Assembly (NCBI GenBank): GCA_047967505.1
Contig: CM106538.1
DNA: 64,000 nucleotides
From: Dipteris shenzhenensis
Lineage: Eukaryota
Reading direction: 5' to 3' (one strand)
Shown: positions 51,564 through 64,000 of the stretch, one piece after another
Position numbering within the stretch: the stretch's first letter is position 1
Layout: the number at the start of each line of letters is the position of its first letter
Notes under the pieces: generated by a model
What the model saw: only the letters and a program-made list of their open reading frames with translations
Databases searched by the model: none
Told to the model about the DNA's origin: nothing
Position numbers and translations under genes: made by a program

Positions 51564-54500
51564 ATAAGTGGGTTGTGTGATTATTAGGCCCTAGTATTTG
51601 GAGGACATATGATTCTCACATGCACTGATAATTGCCATTGGAAAAATATGGATCTCATCACATTAGCTAAAGATTAAGGTAGGAAGAACTGCACACACAG
51701 CTAAGGAGATGTGGATCTATAGGTTATGCACACTAGAGTATATGGAGACAAAAAAGTACTTCCTATGCACTTGGCCATTATATTTTGAGATCTACGGACC
51801 TTACCATTGTCTCTTTTAGGAAGGGCATGGCTTTTGGCTACTCTCTTGGTTGATCCACTTCCTGAGGTCTATGTTGACAGCTACCTAATTGAGATGCGCA
51901 TAGTGAGACTCTACTTAGATGGATTAGACAAAAAGACTCGACAGGTCCACAAGAGATAGGGATAGATCAAGCACATCAATATGTCACATATTTCTCTACA
52001 TTTGAATCATAGTGGAGTAGAGGAGGAGGAGCTAACTAACAAGGGGGCAAATTGCGTAAGTAGGAAGAGACAACATGGAGCTTAGGAGCCAGAGACCACG
52101 TACAACCAAAGCACACATGATGGAGGTCCAACCTATCTCATCTCTTCTCAAAGCGGATCATCAGAGCCAAAGTGTCATTCTTGACATGGCTCATCGAAGA
52201 TATAGATCACGTAGACCACACCCCCTACTACAACAAAGAAAAATTGATAGATGCAAATATGAGATATCCTTTCATCCCACTGGAGAGACATCATGGCACT
52301 TGGATAGTATTTTGAGCACTAGTTTCTAGTTTTAAGTTTTGAGTTTTGAACTTTTGAGCTTCTTATCATAGCACTTAGCAAAGGGCCCTAGCGAGTCCTT
52401 TGCCTCAGCCCACAGTGGCTTGTATGAATTACTCTTTTGATTGTAGTTTGTCTCATAGGCCCATGAGGCCTCCGAACATGTAAATATAAATAAATTTCTT
52501 TCTTTTTGTATCTCTCTTAGCATATGGATATTCTTGAGCATGCCTAAAGGCTTGGTTTCACATTTTTACCTTGGTTAAGGCCCTTCCCTTCAATAAGAAT
52601 GCAACATCGCTTTAATATAAATCTTCTATCTAAGAAGGATTGGTGGAGCTCTATGGTTTAAAAGAGGCTTCTTGGCTAAACCCTCCTTCAATCAGGACAC
52701 ATGTTAACCAAGTTCAATTTAAAAATGAGCTTGGAGATCCTCCTTGGCTAGAGGCATTGTCAGAGGCCTTGTTTGAGAAGAATGTCCTTGGCTTTGTACT
52801 ACTCCAAAACTAGGTTGGAGCTAGGTTGCAATAGGTAGTGTTTTGAGTCATCAAGCACGTAACTACCAACTCAAAATTGAACTTGAACCCTAACATTTTA
52901 TCAAATTTTTAAAGTAAAAAAAAATCAAATGAGTAAAAAGGTGGACACGAGACATGACACAAGGTTCGTTAGGACCCAATCCTCCCTGCAAATGTCATGG
53001 GTGGTGATTTATTATTGACTTGGCCATATTATTTCAGGATTATTTATGCATTTTGGAAATTGAAGCCCAACAAATACATGAATAAGGGGATGCTCACAAG
53101 AACTAATAACTGATCTTCATTGCAGTCTATACAATATTGTCACATGGACTACAATCATATGAATAAAGGTGTCGATATCTTTTGATCTTGCATCCAACTT
53201 GAATTTCCTTGCTCCCTTGCATCAAGAACATGCATCAAAATTGAGGAATGTTGTAAGAATTTAGATTGAAAACAAGAAATTTTAAATGGATGAGCAATTA
53301 TAAAAATTTGTATGATAATATATATAATATATAATTATTATAACCACACATAGTGTGGGTGGGGAGGTGGTGCATTTCTTTCCCAAAAGAGTTATAATGC
53401 GAGGGAATAGGCCCTTCCCCATGCACCAAGAATATTAGTGCCGAGAATAAGTCTCTTGAATGGATAAGATATTGGCATATTACCTAAATGTCAATAGTCG
53501 TAATCGTAGAGTTGAACGTCAATAATATCACCATGAGTGATAGCTTAATACTTTATTTGTTCCAATGGAACCATCAAGGTGAGAAAGTAGCTTGGGGCCA
53601 GCTCTCTCAATCTTTACATGTCCAGAGTACCAAAGAAACATGATGAAAGGGCCAAACATTTCACCGCTTTCACACCCTAAGTCCATCACGATAGCACCTT
53701 TCAACCAAAGTAACTCTAATTAATGGGAAACCTTTCTTTCTTGGCCACCTCTATAAAGGAGACTGTTAGCTTATTTTTTTGCAGCGTCCTGTGTCTATGA
53801 GGTTGAGTCTGCATTGTCATCAATAAACCAAAGGATTCCCTCCATGGAATTGCAAGCCAAATCACAATTTATGGCCAAGTCTCCCAACTCATCTACCATA
53901 CAATCAGCATGAGATTCTCTCAAGGAAGTATCATGTTGCATGGATGCATGCTTTTATGAATCACCCTCAGTTGATAGAGAGCCTTGCAATTTATTATCTT
54001 GTAAAAATCCCATTTTGTCTTCTACATGTACCTTTTTTTTTTGTTCAATATTGTCGCAGCTCTGAGAGTTTCACTCCCAAGGAAACTTCCTCGCTATGTG
54101 CTTTATTAACCCTCAACATGGTAGCTCTAATCTCACGAGCGTGGTGAAGTCCTTCACATACTAAAATCAAAATATGCAAGTAGGATGCAAGTAAACCATT
54201 TATCAAAATCGAGATCGAATAAAATTACTATGCATGGGTTAGACTGGATATTCATCACAGAAGGCAATAGCAGAAGATTTTCTTTTTCCATGTGGCACAG
54301 AGTCTTTTTGAGAAGTACAGCCAGGTAGGTTCTTCTTTTCTTATGAGATCACAATTCTATGCTAAACTTCTGAGGAAAACTTGATGATATCTGTTAAAAT
54401 GTAGGCCATGAATTTGGATCTTTTTTATGATTCATTGCTTGCTGGACTTTCTCTATTTGGGATCAAGCCAAAGGATCTAGTTGTTTTGTAAGCTTGTCTT

Positions 54501-56831
54501 GTCTTTCCAATCAGTGGCTCTTACTGCATCTCCATTCCAGATGGTCATTTTTCGCATTCGAAAATCCAAATAGCTTCTAAACCAAGTGTAAAGTCCAAAC
54601 TCTCATCTAGAGACGTCTCGCATCCAAATATATTTACATACACAATTATGAGTCACTCTAGGAACAGCTTCATCATGGATAACGAGCCGCTTATTAGAGC
54701 AATATGAGAGATCATTGCGCCTGAGCATAGATTTAATCTACATACAACATATGTTGTCGGCCTTAGCCTTAAGTAATCGTTTAATTTGATAATCATCAAT
54801 TCACATAAGAGTATGTTGCAAATTTATATCAAAAATTCACGATACTAGCCTAAAATATCTAGAAAACTTTGCATTCGTGAAAATCATTCAGAAGAACCTT
54901 GCACCTTGCGCCTTGCTAGAAATATGGATAGTCATTCTTATGATCACCCAAGTCCACCTCTGGTAGATTATTGCCCAGAAGTATGCTAGAGTCTTTCACA
55001 AACTCGTAGCGCATCTAGATTTGCTTATCGCTAGCTCCGACCCAATCAGGTCTCATCGACTCCATTGAATCTTAGGTGCTTCGTCATCTATGTGTGGGTT
55101 CGGTACTTGTTTTAATTTTGTTACATTCTTCCTTATGGCCTTTATTGCGATTGCCTTGATGTCATTTTGCTCTACAAATTCTTTTACTACAACATCCTCT
55201 CTTGGCCCCAGATTAACTGGCAACTGGCTGATTTTCATGTAGCAAGGTGGCTTTTAGCTTTAGCTTATGTCTGTGGGGCTTCATCGATTGACAAGACAAG
55301 ACAATTCGTGGATTGCGTCGATTTCCAGTAGCAAAAGTTGTAGCAGTGATCCATGGAGGGGGATGGGGGTAAGGGATTGAGAAAGAGCATCAAAATTTGC
55401 TTCCTACTTCCTTTTTATGCTTTTCGGGAGCTCTTTGTCATCATGGGAGGTTCCTAAGAGCTCACCACACGTGTGGAGGCTCAGAGTACGGAAGAATCTT
55501 AGGCTTCAATTGATCTAAAGTGAGGAGGGTGAAGGCTATCATGAAAACTAGCTATTGTCCCTTGTCCACCACCCCAAAAGAAGTATGGTATGATTTTTAT
55601 GGTCTATGCTCTCACACTCTTAGATGTACATGAAATCGACGTGACACATGGCTCAACTAGAGCTTCAAAAATGAAAACTTCTCCTTAGGCTACCTACCAT
55701 AGAGAAGATGTCTTAGGATACTTGAGTTCAATTCCAAAACCACAATCTACATGGCTCCTCTCTTTTGGAGGGGAAAGGGATTCTCCAAGAGGGTCCTCTC
55801 AAGATCCTGCTCATGCAGGGGCATGAAATTGACCATAACACCCAAGATTAACCATGACACCCCAAGATTAATTTTAAAACTGACCTTGGTGGCTCCTCTC
55901 GATAATATGAATATGGCTCTTCTCCATATATGCATATGGCCTTAGGTAAGAAGGGATACTCAATATACCCAAGGATGGTTTTAAAACTGAACTTGGTGGC
56001 TTCTCTCTTTTGAAAGAGGAAGGCTTCTCAAGGACAATGCTTTTAAGATCCAGCTAAAGGACAATCTTCTTAAGATCCGGCTCAAGTTTGATTTCCATCA
56101 TAAACTCAAGAAAAAACTAGTTTATCCGTCCCTCACATGAGGCCTCACATCCTATGGGGTCCATCAAGAAATATGTAAGATAGCATGTACACATGCTATC
56201 TTACAAAGGAGAAATAGAGGAAAAGAGAGGGGAAAAAAGAGAGAGAGAGAGGAAAAGAGAGGAAAAGAGAGGAAAAGAGAGGGGGGAGGAGAAGAAGAGA
56301 GAGAAAGAGCCAATTTAATTTTTTTAGATTGTGCCTATAAAAGAAATGAATTTTTTTAAAAAAAGTAAAAGTGTGTAGAGTTGGAGATTATGTGATGAGG
56401 AAGGTGGAGAGGCAATGATAACGAGGATAGGTAGCTTTAATTGTTGCTCCATCTTGTCATCATGTATCAAGCTCTAGGAATGACATCATGTAATCACAAG
56501 AACATTTGCCACAAACCGTTTGTGTGTTAGTTCATTATGTTGACATGTATCACAACACGCACATCCTTAGACATTGTCAAAAGCTTCAAGAGCAAGAAAG
56601 GGTTGAGAACGTTGAACAAAAGACATTGGTGCGAATTTGTACTTCTATAGCTCACAACTCAAGCAAAGAGCCATGCTTACTCACATTGTGCATGATCATG
56701 GCATCCTCAAGCAACGTGAGGAAAATGAACGAACCTTTGAGGCGATTAATTGTAAATCAGCTTGCCTATGCTTGGATCCATTTAAAATTCTAGTTGTGTA
56801 GGGAGTCTCATACTCCGTCCCAAAAATCAAA

Positions 56832-57356
56832 TTACTGAGCCTGCATGTTTTTCTTCGCAAACATGCTTTCTGATAAAAGTGATACAGAGGCCGGCAATGC
56901 TTTGGGAACATCGAAATCTTCGAAAACTCCATCGAAGATGGCCTCCTCTAGGGAAACGCTCCGCTCTGGCGAGCCCAATTCAAACTCATTTTTAACACAA
57001 GAAGGGCTGCCGTGAGAGCTTAGGCGGTCGGTGACAGAATTGCTGACGACGAGCTGGGGTGGAGGTTCGCGGGCGGCTGCAGCTGCGGCAAATGACTGGA
57101 TCTCTCGTCTGGAGAGGTCAGAGGAAAGGATCGGGGGGGGTGAATTGGGGAAGTTGAGGGAAGCCAAGGGGCGTTGGAGGCACACAGCGGCAGCGTCGAA
57201 GGCACGGGCAGCTTCTTCAGGGGTGGAGTAAGAGCCAAGCCAGATGCGATCTCTGCTGTGAGGTATTCGGATTTCAGAGACCCATTTACCCCAAGCTCGC
57301 TTCCGGATGCCTTTGAAGCGCTGGGAGCATGTGGAAGTTGAAAGATTGGCCTCCAT
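56832..57356 (-). CDS. AP2/ERF transcription factor, DREB A-5 / ERF group II-like, intronless, 174 aa
   Basis: AP2 domain [53 protein letters not shown], then [14 protein letters not shown] and an acidic C-terminus. Intact, CpG-rich ORF. Confidence 0.95.
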   Translation of the reverse strand: MEANLSTSTCSQRFKGIRKRAWGKWVSEIRIPHSRDRIWLGSYSTPEEAARAFDAAAVCLQRPLASLNFPNSPPPILSSDLSRREIQSFAAAAAAREPPPQLVVSNSVTDRLSSHGSPSCVKNEFELGSPERSVSLEEAIFDGVFEDFDVPKALPASVSLLSESMFAKKNMQAQ

Positions 57357-57577
57357 CCTTTCTGATTCTTACTCGATCGGAAGCTCTATCGGAAACAACA
57401 CAGCTTTGTAGGTGAGGTTTAACACTATAAATGGATTAAATGAAGCTTACAAAAGGTGACAAATTCACGTTACTCAAAAAAGTGCACTGCACTTTGGTGT
57501 ATTGTGCATCCGTATGTCATACACTAGGGCTAAAGAGAGCTACTTTTACTCATTGAAAGTGAGAATTAAGGTCTTGC

Positions 57578-57856
57578 TTAGTCATTAGGAACGAGTATGA
57601 GGGTGAAAATAAAGACAGCTTACTTTGACTCATTGAAAGAGTCATTAGGAACGAGTTATGAGGGTGAAATTTTCACTAGGGATGCCAAAGGAGATGTGAC
57701 AACCTCACCCTTAAAATTAGTCATTAGGAACGAGTTATGAGGGTGAAAATAAAGACAACTTACTTTGACTCATTGAAAGAGTCATTAGGAACGAGTTATG
57801 AGGGTGAAATTTTCACTAGGGATGCCAAAGGAGATGTGACAACCTCACCCTTAAAA
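57578..57856. repeat. Near-perfect ~139-bp tandem duplication upstream of the ERF gene
   Basis: 57578-57716 is nearly identical to 57717-57856. Sub-repeat AGTCATTAGGAACGAGTTATGAGGGTGAAA occurs 4 times. Confidence 0.95.
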
Positions 57857-60800
57857 TATGACAACCCTTAAATCCCCTCTCAAGTTATCCTTCTATCATA
57901 GCATTCATTTAAGGCCCTTGCACAATTTCCATAATAAAAGAACTGCTATGGCTTTGCTTTTGGCATGCCAAAAAATCTCAAATCTTCATAAGACTTCATG
58001 CATCATCTTCCTAATTAAATAAGTATCTTAACACTCATTAGCCCCCACTTTGCTAAAATTTTACTTTAATTTGCAGTTAACTTTTTTAGGCTAGATAACA
58101 CTTCTTATCCTTTTAGACCGGATAAGCCTTCTCACTTAGTAAACCTTGGAAAGATCCTTAAGGAACCTACCTGATAATGCTTAGTCCCTACACTATTGTA
58201 AGTTGACATATTTGCTTAGCTATAAAATAGCATGTCATGTGTATGTGCTTCACCTAGTGCTAGGTATGTGCCTCACTTGAGTAGTATAGGATGCGAAAGC
58301 TCACTAGAATAGTGGTGTGTACACTAAATACAAAACTCATTGCTTTCTTGAATTTGATGCTTTTAGAATCTTTTCTTGAGTTTAGCAGCTCCATGTTGAC
58401 TCTTTGATAATGGTTTTGGTCCTAGCTACCATCTCATCGATGACTACTTTCACAAAACTTCTCCTATGGGGTCCAATACAGAATTAAAATTACATTGTAA
58501 GGGGTTTTTTTAAGAAAATTAAATTATAATAGGGAACTTAAAATAATAAAGGATCAAGTCTATAAGATACATATGTAAGATACTTAAGGGTATTTATGTT
58601 GATCCCTTGAATGCACATGGTATATAGGGTCTTTACATAATGATCCCTGAAACTTCTCAAAAGTTCAATTAAATCGTTTCATGCTCAGTTGATCTTTGAA
58701 CAAAGCACTTTGATTCTATATGTCCAACCTCTTATGTTTCTTTGTCATGCTTGCATTATGGTGGATGGTCTCATTGCATAACTTGGCTCCACTTTTATGT
58801 CAGCATGAACTTTTGGTTGCTTGCACTTGAATTGCCATGGCATCACTGTTTGAGCCTTCCTTTTCTTAAAAAATTTAAAAAGAATGCTTGAGCTTTAAAG
58901 ACTTTATGCCCCTTATATGTACTCTAGAATATATTGCTCTAGAACACATGGAGTCATGAGTGGCCTGCACATAACCTCAGGGGGCTTCACTTAAAAATAC
59001 ATAAATAAAGCACATGGGTTCAATATAAGGGGTTTTTTAATAGCAAAATGTTGTAAACTTTTATAGAAGTATACTAGTAAAAGCGGCTTTAAAATTGGCG
59101 TATTACAAAAAATCCATAAGTTTGTATAGAAAACGTGTTGTTTTAAAGTTTTTAGATCTATAGAAAGAAATTTTATTAATATCCCTTCAATACATGTGCA
59201 ATATAGGGTTTTTAAGTAGTGAACCCCCCAAGGACATAATGGTTTAAGCCTTTTACACAATGTCTCCTTAGCTCATGTATATCTTCTCCTCTCCTTCCTT
59301 TTCTCTTTCCTTTTTTGCTCTTTTTTTCGTCGATTTCTTCATCTTAGCTTCCTCTGTTGCTATACTAAGTAGCCCACTTACTATATGGTCTTCTAAGACT
59401 TACTATACTAATATACCTCCATACACAAGTCTAGAGTTGCCAATTATTTGATTGGATCATGGTATTCAATCTCTCAACTTTTGTACTTGGCCCTCAATCG
59501 TGTCAGTCGTTGATTAACTAACTCACATTCTCTAAGTCTTATAACCCACTACGTCTTTCCTTAATTATTGTTAAGGACTCTTAAGTCTCTACAATGAACG
59601 CAAGCATTGCTAAACCGGTCACTTTAAAAAGCTTCCACTTGGAAAAATATGCCTCAATTGATACTCTCTTTGTGCTATGTGAGTAGGAATGTCATGTTTA
59701 GCCCATCATTGTTAAAGGAAAGAACAAGGCGGATAAAGGTGCGCCCTCTACTCAAGCTTCTAAGACTTTATGTCTTGTGTACTCCCTCACTGCCTTCCTC
59801 CCACGTTCACAAGCTCCTCGGAAGTTATGCACTTTTGTGCTCACAAGTAAAGGAGTCACCAAACTTCAAGTCAAGATTTGATACCATCTAAGAAACAAGG
59901 TAGGAAAGCAGAGCACCAACTAACACAATTAGAATAGAACCTATAGGATTGGATGGTGTTGATCTCCTTACCCACTATTTGGCCATTCTAAGCACTCTAC
60001 CCACACACTAACCTACGCATTACTAATATTGCATAAATAAGGGCATATAATCAATTACTGTTTTGACAAGATAGCGTTAGAGTCAACTTATGATATAAGT
60101 GGCCATGTCAGTCTTTAAGGACTCCATCCCTGAAACCCTACATAAAGGGGCACTACCTAATGATTGTTGTGGAAATTTGACACCTTATATGTACATACAT
60201 GTGACATAAATGTAGAAACGACAAAGGAAAAAGTGAGTGAAGTACTACGACTTTGCAAGATAATTTGTCACATGCTTGTCTTTCCAAACAAGCTAGCATT
60301 TTTCAATGTGAGTTGACAATGAAGCTGTTATGAAAATATGCTTCAAGAGCACATTGGCGAGTCGGAAAAGCAATTGACCGATTAAAATGTAGGCGGCTTG
60401 TGAAAGCCACAGTCCAGAGTGTGTGATCCCCTGGAGCCATGTTGGTGGTTTGCTTTGAGCGTACTGGTGCGATGGCAAAGGTGATTTGAACATTGGTGTG
60501 ATATGTCCGTATACTTTGGAAATGAGAATTGAGAACTGATCTCAGTCTTCGAAGCACCCATTTCCAGATGCGTTTCGGAAGAGCTTTGTCGTAACCGGCC
60601 TCACGCCGCAAAACTAATCAGCTCCCTGGCACTCTTGCTCAATATCGTCACAATCCCATCGCATAACCAAATCAACGTCCCATCTCCCAGCAACCCCGGC
60701 GACACACCAGAATTCTAACAAAAGATGCGAGTTTCTGAGGCTGTGCGTGTGGCCCGACAGCCCACAAAAAAAGCTTTTTAGGTTTTTAGCTTACATCCAT

Positions 60801-62939
60801 GATCCCATCATTCTTGCCTCAATAGATTCTTCCTTTCATTTCCCTTCTCGTCTTCCCTTTTATGGTCCTCGTAAGACTTGCATATAATGCTTGCTCAAGG
60901 GGTAATCTTTAAACCCCTACATATGGTGGTGCTACATTCCCTAACTTTCAAATGTTGTGATTAAAAATTCCCCTTTTGTATATATGGAAATTCTTGTGGA
61001 CTTATTAGATTAGAAAACCCATCACGTTGAACCCTCTTCGAACCCATGCCATAAGGTCACACATTTCGAGCATATTTCTAGTTGCAACCTCTAAGGCGTC
61101 TGGGTCTATTTTTGCCGAGTTTCCACTCTTGCAACCCATCATCACTACTACAGCTCTCCAAAACATTATAAAGACAAAATTAGTAGACAAAATGGGTCAT
61201 GTAGATTCACAACTTGCGGTATGTCCCAATTATCTTTACACATCACCGTGTTTTTAAACACTCCACTCCCCATCTTTGTGAAGGTTGTAAAAATGGAGTC
61301 TGTTAGTTAGAAATTAGCTATTTTTTATACTGTGAAGAGGTGCACATGCCCATAGTTATGTATCCCCTTTTCCCTAAAAAACTAGATTCTAGAACCTATT
61401 TCTCCAAATGAGCGAAATGGTGGTAAATGAAAAGATGCACTAAGAACCATGTAGCATGGTAAAGTAATGTATAGTACATCCTCTTATGTATAGTATATCA
61501 AGCTTGCATGGATACATCACCATTGTGTAGTGAAAAGCATACGATGAGGTAAGGTTACACATAGCATATCATGCCTTATACGTTATGTATAGTACATATA
61601 TCGAAAGCAAGCTTGCATGGATAAATCACCATCATCCAACTCTTGCATGTATAAAGCCTTCAATTTCTCTAATGCAAGAGCTTTGCCACCGATGATACGA
61701 TGCCATTCATTGTAAGTTTTAGTCATGGTATGGTTTCATGTTTTTGGTCATTTAAATTTTATTTAGGTTTTCATGATCTAGTTTACTCAGTTTGCTTTAT
61801 TGTCATATTAGAACTTCATTGCTTCATTGTCATAGTATCAAAGACCTTACTTGAGTGGTTTCATGTCTTTAGTTTATTGTTGTGGTATCCTCTCATCGCT
61901 TAAGTGTCATTTTGTGGTAACTTGAACTTGTTAGTTTTAGCCCTCAATGATAAAGATGGGTAGGACTATGATCGATGAGTGGGTATATAATGGTGTCCTA
62001 AGGACATAATGTAACAATAGTGAATGATGAGCTGTGCATCACTCATAAGATGTGAAGAGTTCTTAATGATTATTCAGACTGAGGAATTTCTATTCAAGAT
62101 ACTATAAAGGATGTGGGTCCATGAAATTGTATCATGCACATTAGTCATTCTAGTTATCATTCCTAGATAAAAGCAAAATCATGTATCTATCAAACAAATC
62201 CTTTAACATCAAGCCAAAGAAAACATTTTATTGGATCTACCATATGATCCCTTTGATTTGCTATTTCCAAATCAAAATAGCTAGAGGCGTATGCTTGTGG
62301 TCTTTCAAGTGCTTCTTATGTACCCACCTCTCTAGGCCATGTTGTTGATGTCATGCTCCCTTTGTTGCTCTTTCTATTGTTTCTACCATTCTCTCATTTC
62401 CCTATTACCGCTCTATCTATTATGCACTTAAACATGCCCACATCTATGTTTGTCTGATATTGGGAAGTGTAAATATTATCTATTCATTATGACACACCAC
62501 TATTGGGAGGATGTCTTAAGGATATAAGGGAGAAAGTCTTTCATCTCATGGCCTAGGATATCCACCTTCACTAAGTGATAGGACTAGATGAAATTGCTAT
62601 TGTAAATCCACTAACATACTTAGAAGATGGCCAAAAATGCTACAAATTAATGGAATACAACACTTATCTTTCAAAAGTATAGTGGGGTCAAAGAGAGGTA
62701 ATCATAGTGACTTGTAAAGTTAAGAAGAGATTACTGGTACTTCATTTATTGAGCACTGTGAAGAGAGTGGGAGAGAGAGGTAAGGAGATAAGTAGCTTCA
62801 CCATAACACTCTCGCCAAAACATGGCTGGACATTAGTTACACCTTGCGTGCAATTTGGTACCATAATAGAGCTACCACGAAGACTGTTGAGCATCATCAG
62901 CGTTTGTACAAGGCTTGTCTCGCAGGTATGTTCTATATT

Positions 62940-64000
62940 AGACCATCCCTTCGATGTAGCCATAGCAATGACTGCTCTTACGGTTGCCATCCTTGCAACC
63001 GGACTGAATGTTTCTTCATAATCAATGCGTAATGTCTGTGCATACCCCTTGACAACTAATCTTGCCTTGTATGTGCTCACAGAACCATCTACATTGTGCT
63101 TCACCTTATAGACCCACTTGCAACCAATTACATTCTTGTCTTTAGGCAAAGGCACCAATTCCCATGTAGCATTTCCTTCCAAGGCATCCATTTCTTCATC
63201 CATGGCTTTCTCCCATTTTTCTTTTCCCATGACTTGCTCAAAAGAAGTGGGTTCTAGTTCATATATCACTTTGACCATGTAGGCATAGTGAATGGCTGTA
63301 AATCCATCATATTTCAACCTATCCACAGGATACTTAACTTTGGTAGACCTGCACAAAATAGGCTCACTACCAGGTACTCTCAAAACATCCCTTGTCTTCC
63401 TTACTCCAGGTGTAACAACAGAAGGAATACCCAACTCATCATTAAGGCTCTGTTCTGAGCCATTGGATTCACCATCCACATAAGAGTAACCTGCATTCAC
63501 ATTAACCATGGGTTGATCTACTTTCTCTTTTCCCTTTCGTGATACTTGCATACCACTATCTGCTGCATTGCTTTGAGAAGATTCTCCTGATCTCAATCTG
63601 CCTGTCCATGGCGAAGTATGTGAACCACTACTAGAGGACACTATAGGTCCACTAATATTTTGTGATTGCTGCTGTGAATTCTGTGCAGCATTACCATTTT
63701 GTGCATCTACATCATCAATCACATTTATTGGTTTATACCAGCTGCTCATCTCATAAAAAACATCTCTGCTTACTGTAAACTTACGAGTAGAAGGGTTATA
63801 GCATCTATACCCTTTCTGCTGTAGAGGATAACCAATAAAGATGCACTTCTCTGCTTTTGGATCCAACTTGGATCTCAACTCATCTGGCACATGAACATAG
63901 GCAATGCAACCAAAAATTTTCAAATGAGAAATATCTGGTTTCCTACTAGTATACCTCTCCTCTGGCGTCATGCCATGTATTGCTATAGTGGGAGTCCTGT
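62940..64000 (-). mobile_element. Copia family B fragment (IN C-terminus to RT N-terminus), truncated within RT; continues off the right edge
   Basis: Colinear with ~27812-28870; FGCIAYVHVPDELRSKLDPK and YKARLVVKGYAQ. Confidence 0.95.

Larger units (their letters stand above)
45500..51930 (+). mobile_element. RTE-X-like LINE remnant interrupted by copia C
   Basis: After the insertion it reads GKIWISSH*LKIKVGR...IYRLCTLEYMETKKYFLCTWPLYFEIYGPYHCLF, matching R.SSH.L.IE.GR....R.C..C...E.E.HF...C..Y..IR. The flanks rejoin and are colinear with 22210-22450. Confidence 0.65.

Noticed and set aside
55053-55238. 61-aa ORF as a gene
   Set aside because: No recognisable motif or splice context, and flanking frames are closed.
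62742-63971. 409-aa ORF as an intact gene
   Set aside because: It is copia B IN-C/RT-N sequence reading through a truncation junction (~62940) into unrelated DNA.

Overview
Land-plant nuclear DNA, repeat-dense and largely CpG-depleted; the mix of element families suggests a seed-free plant such as a fern, but this is inference. Most of the window is nested, decayed retroelements. These include at least six Ty1/copia-type LTR families, five with a tRNA-iMet PBS. One copy is structurally complete with an ATAAG target-site duplication (45673-51563). There is also a solo LTR with a GAAAG TSD, a gag-only element, two LTR elements without recognisable pol, and L1 and RTE-X-like LINE remnants. Two host genes are supported. 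The first is the last two GT-AG exons (7788-8129, 8690-8947, +) of a spliced gene for a bacterial-type BtuF-like cobalamin/Fe-siderophore periplasmic-binding protein. The second is an intronless AP2/ERF (DREB A-5/group II-like) gene (56832-57356, -). The most unusual locus is about 32.8-35.3 kb: a decayed, intron-containing gene with a ParB/Srx-like DGNHR motif followed by an amino-methyltransferase-like segment, next to a ~73-75 bp-period array of palindromic repeats. No rRNA, tRNA or CRISPR features were found. All domain calls are by eye and need HMM confirmation.
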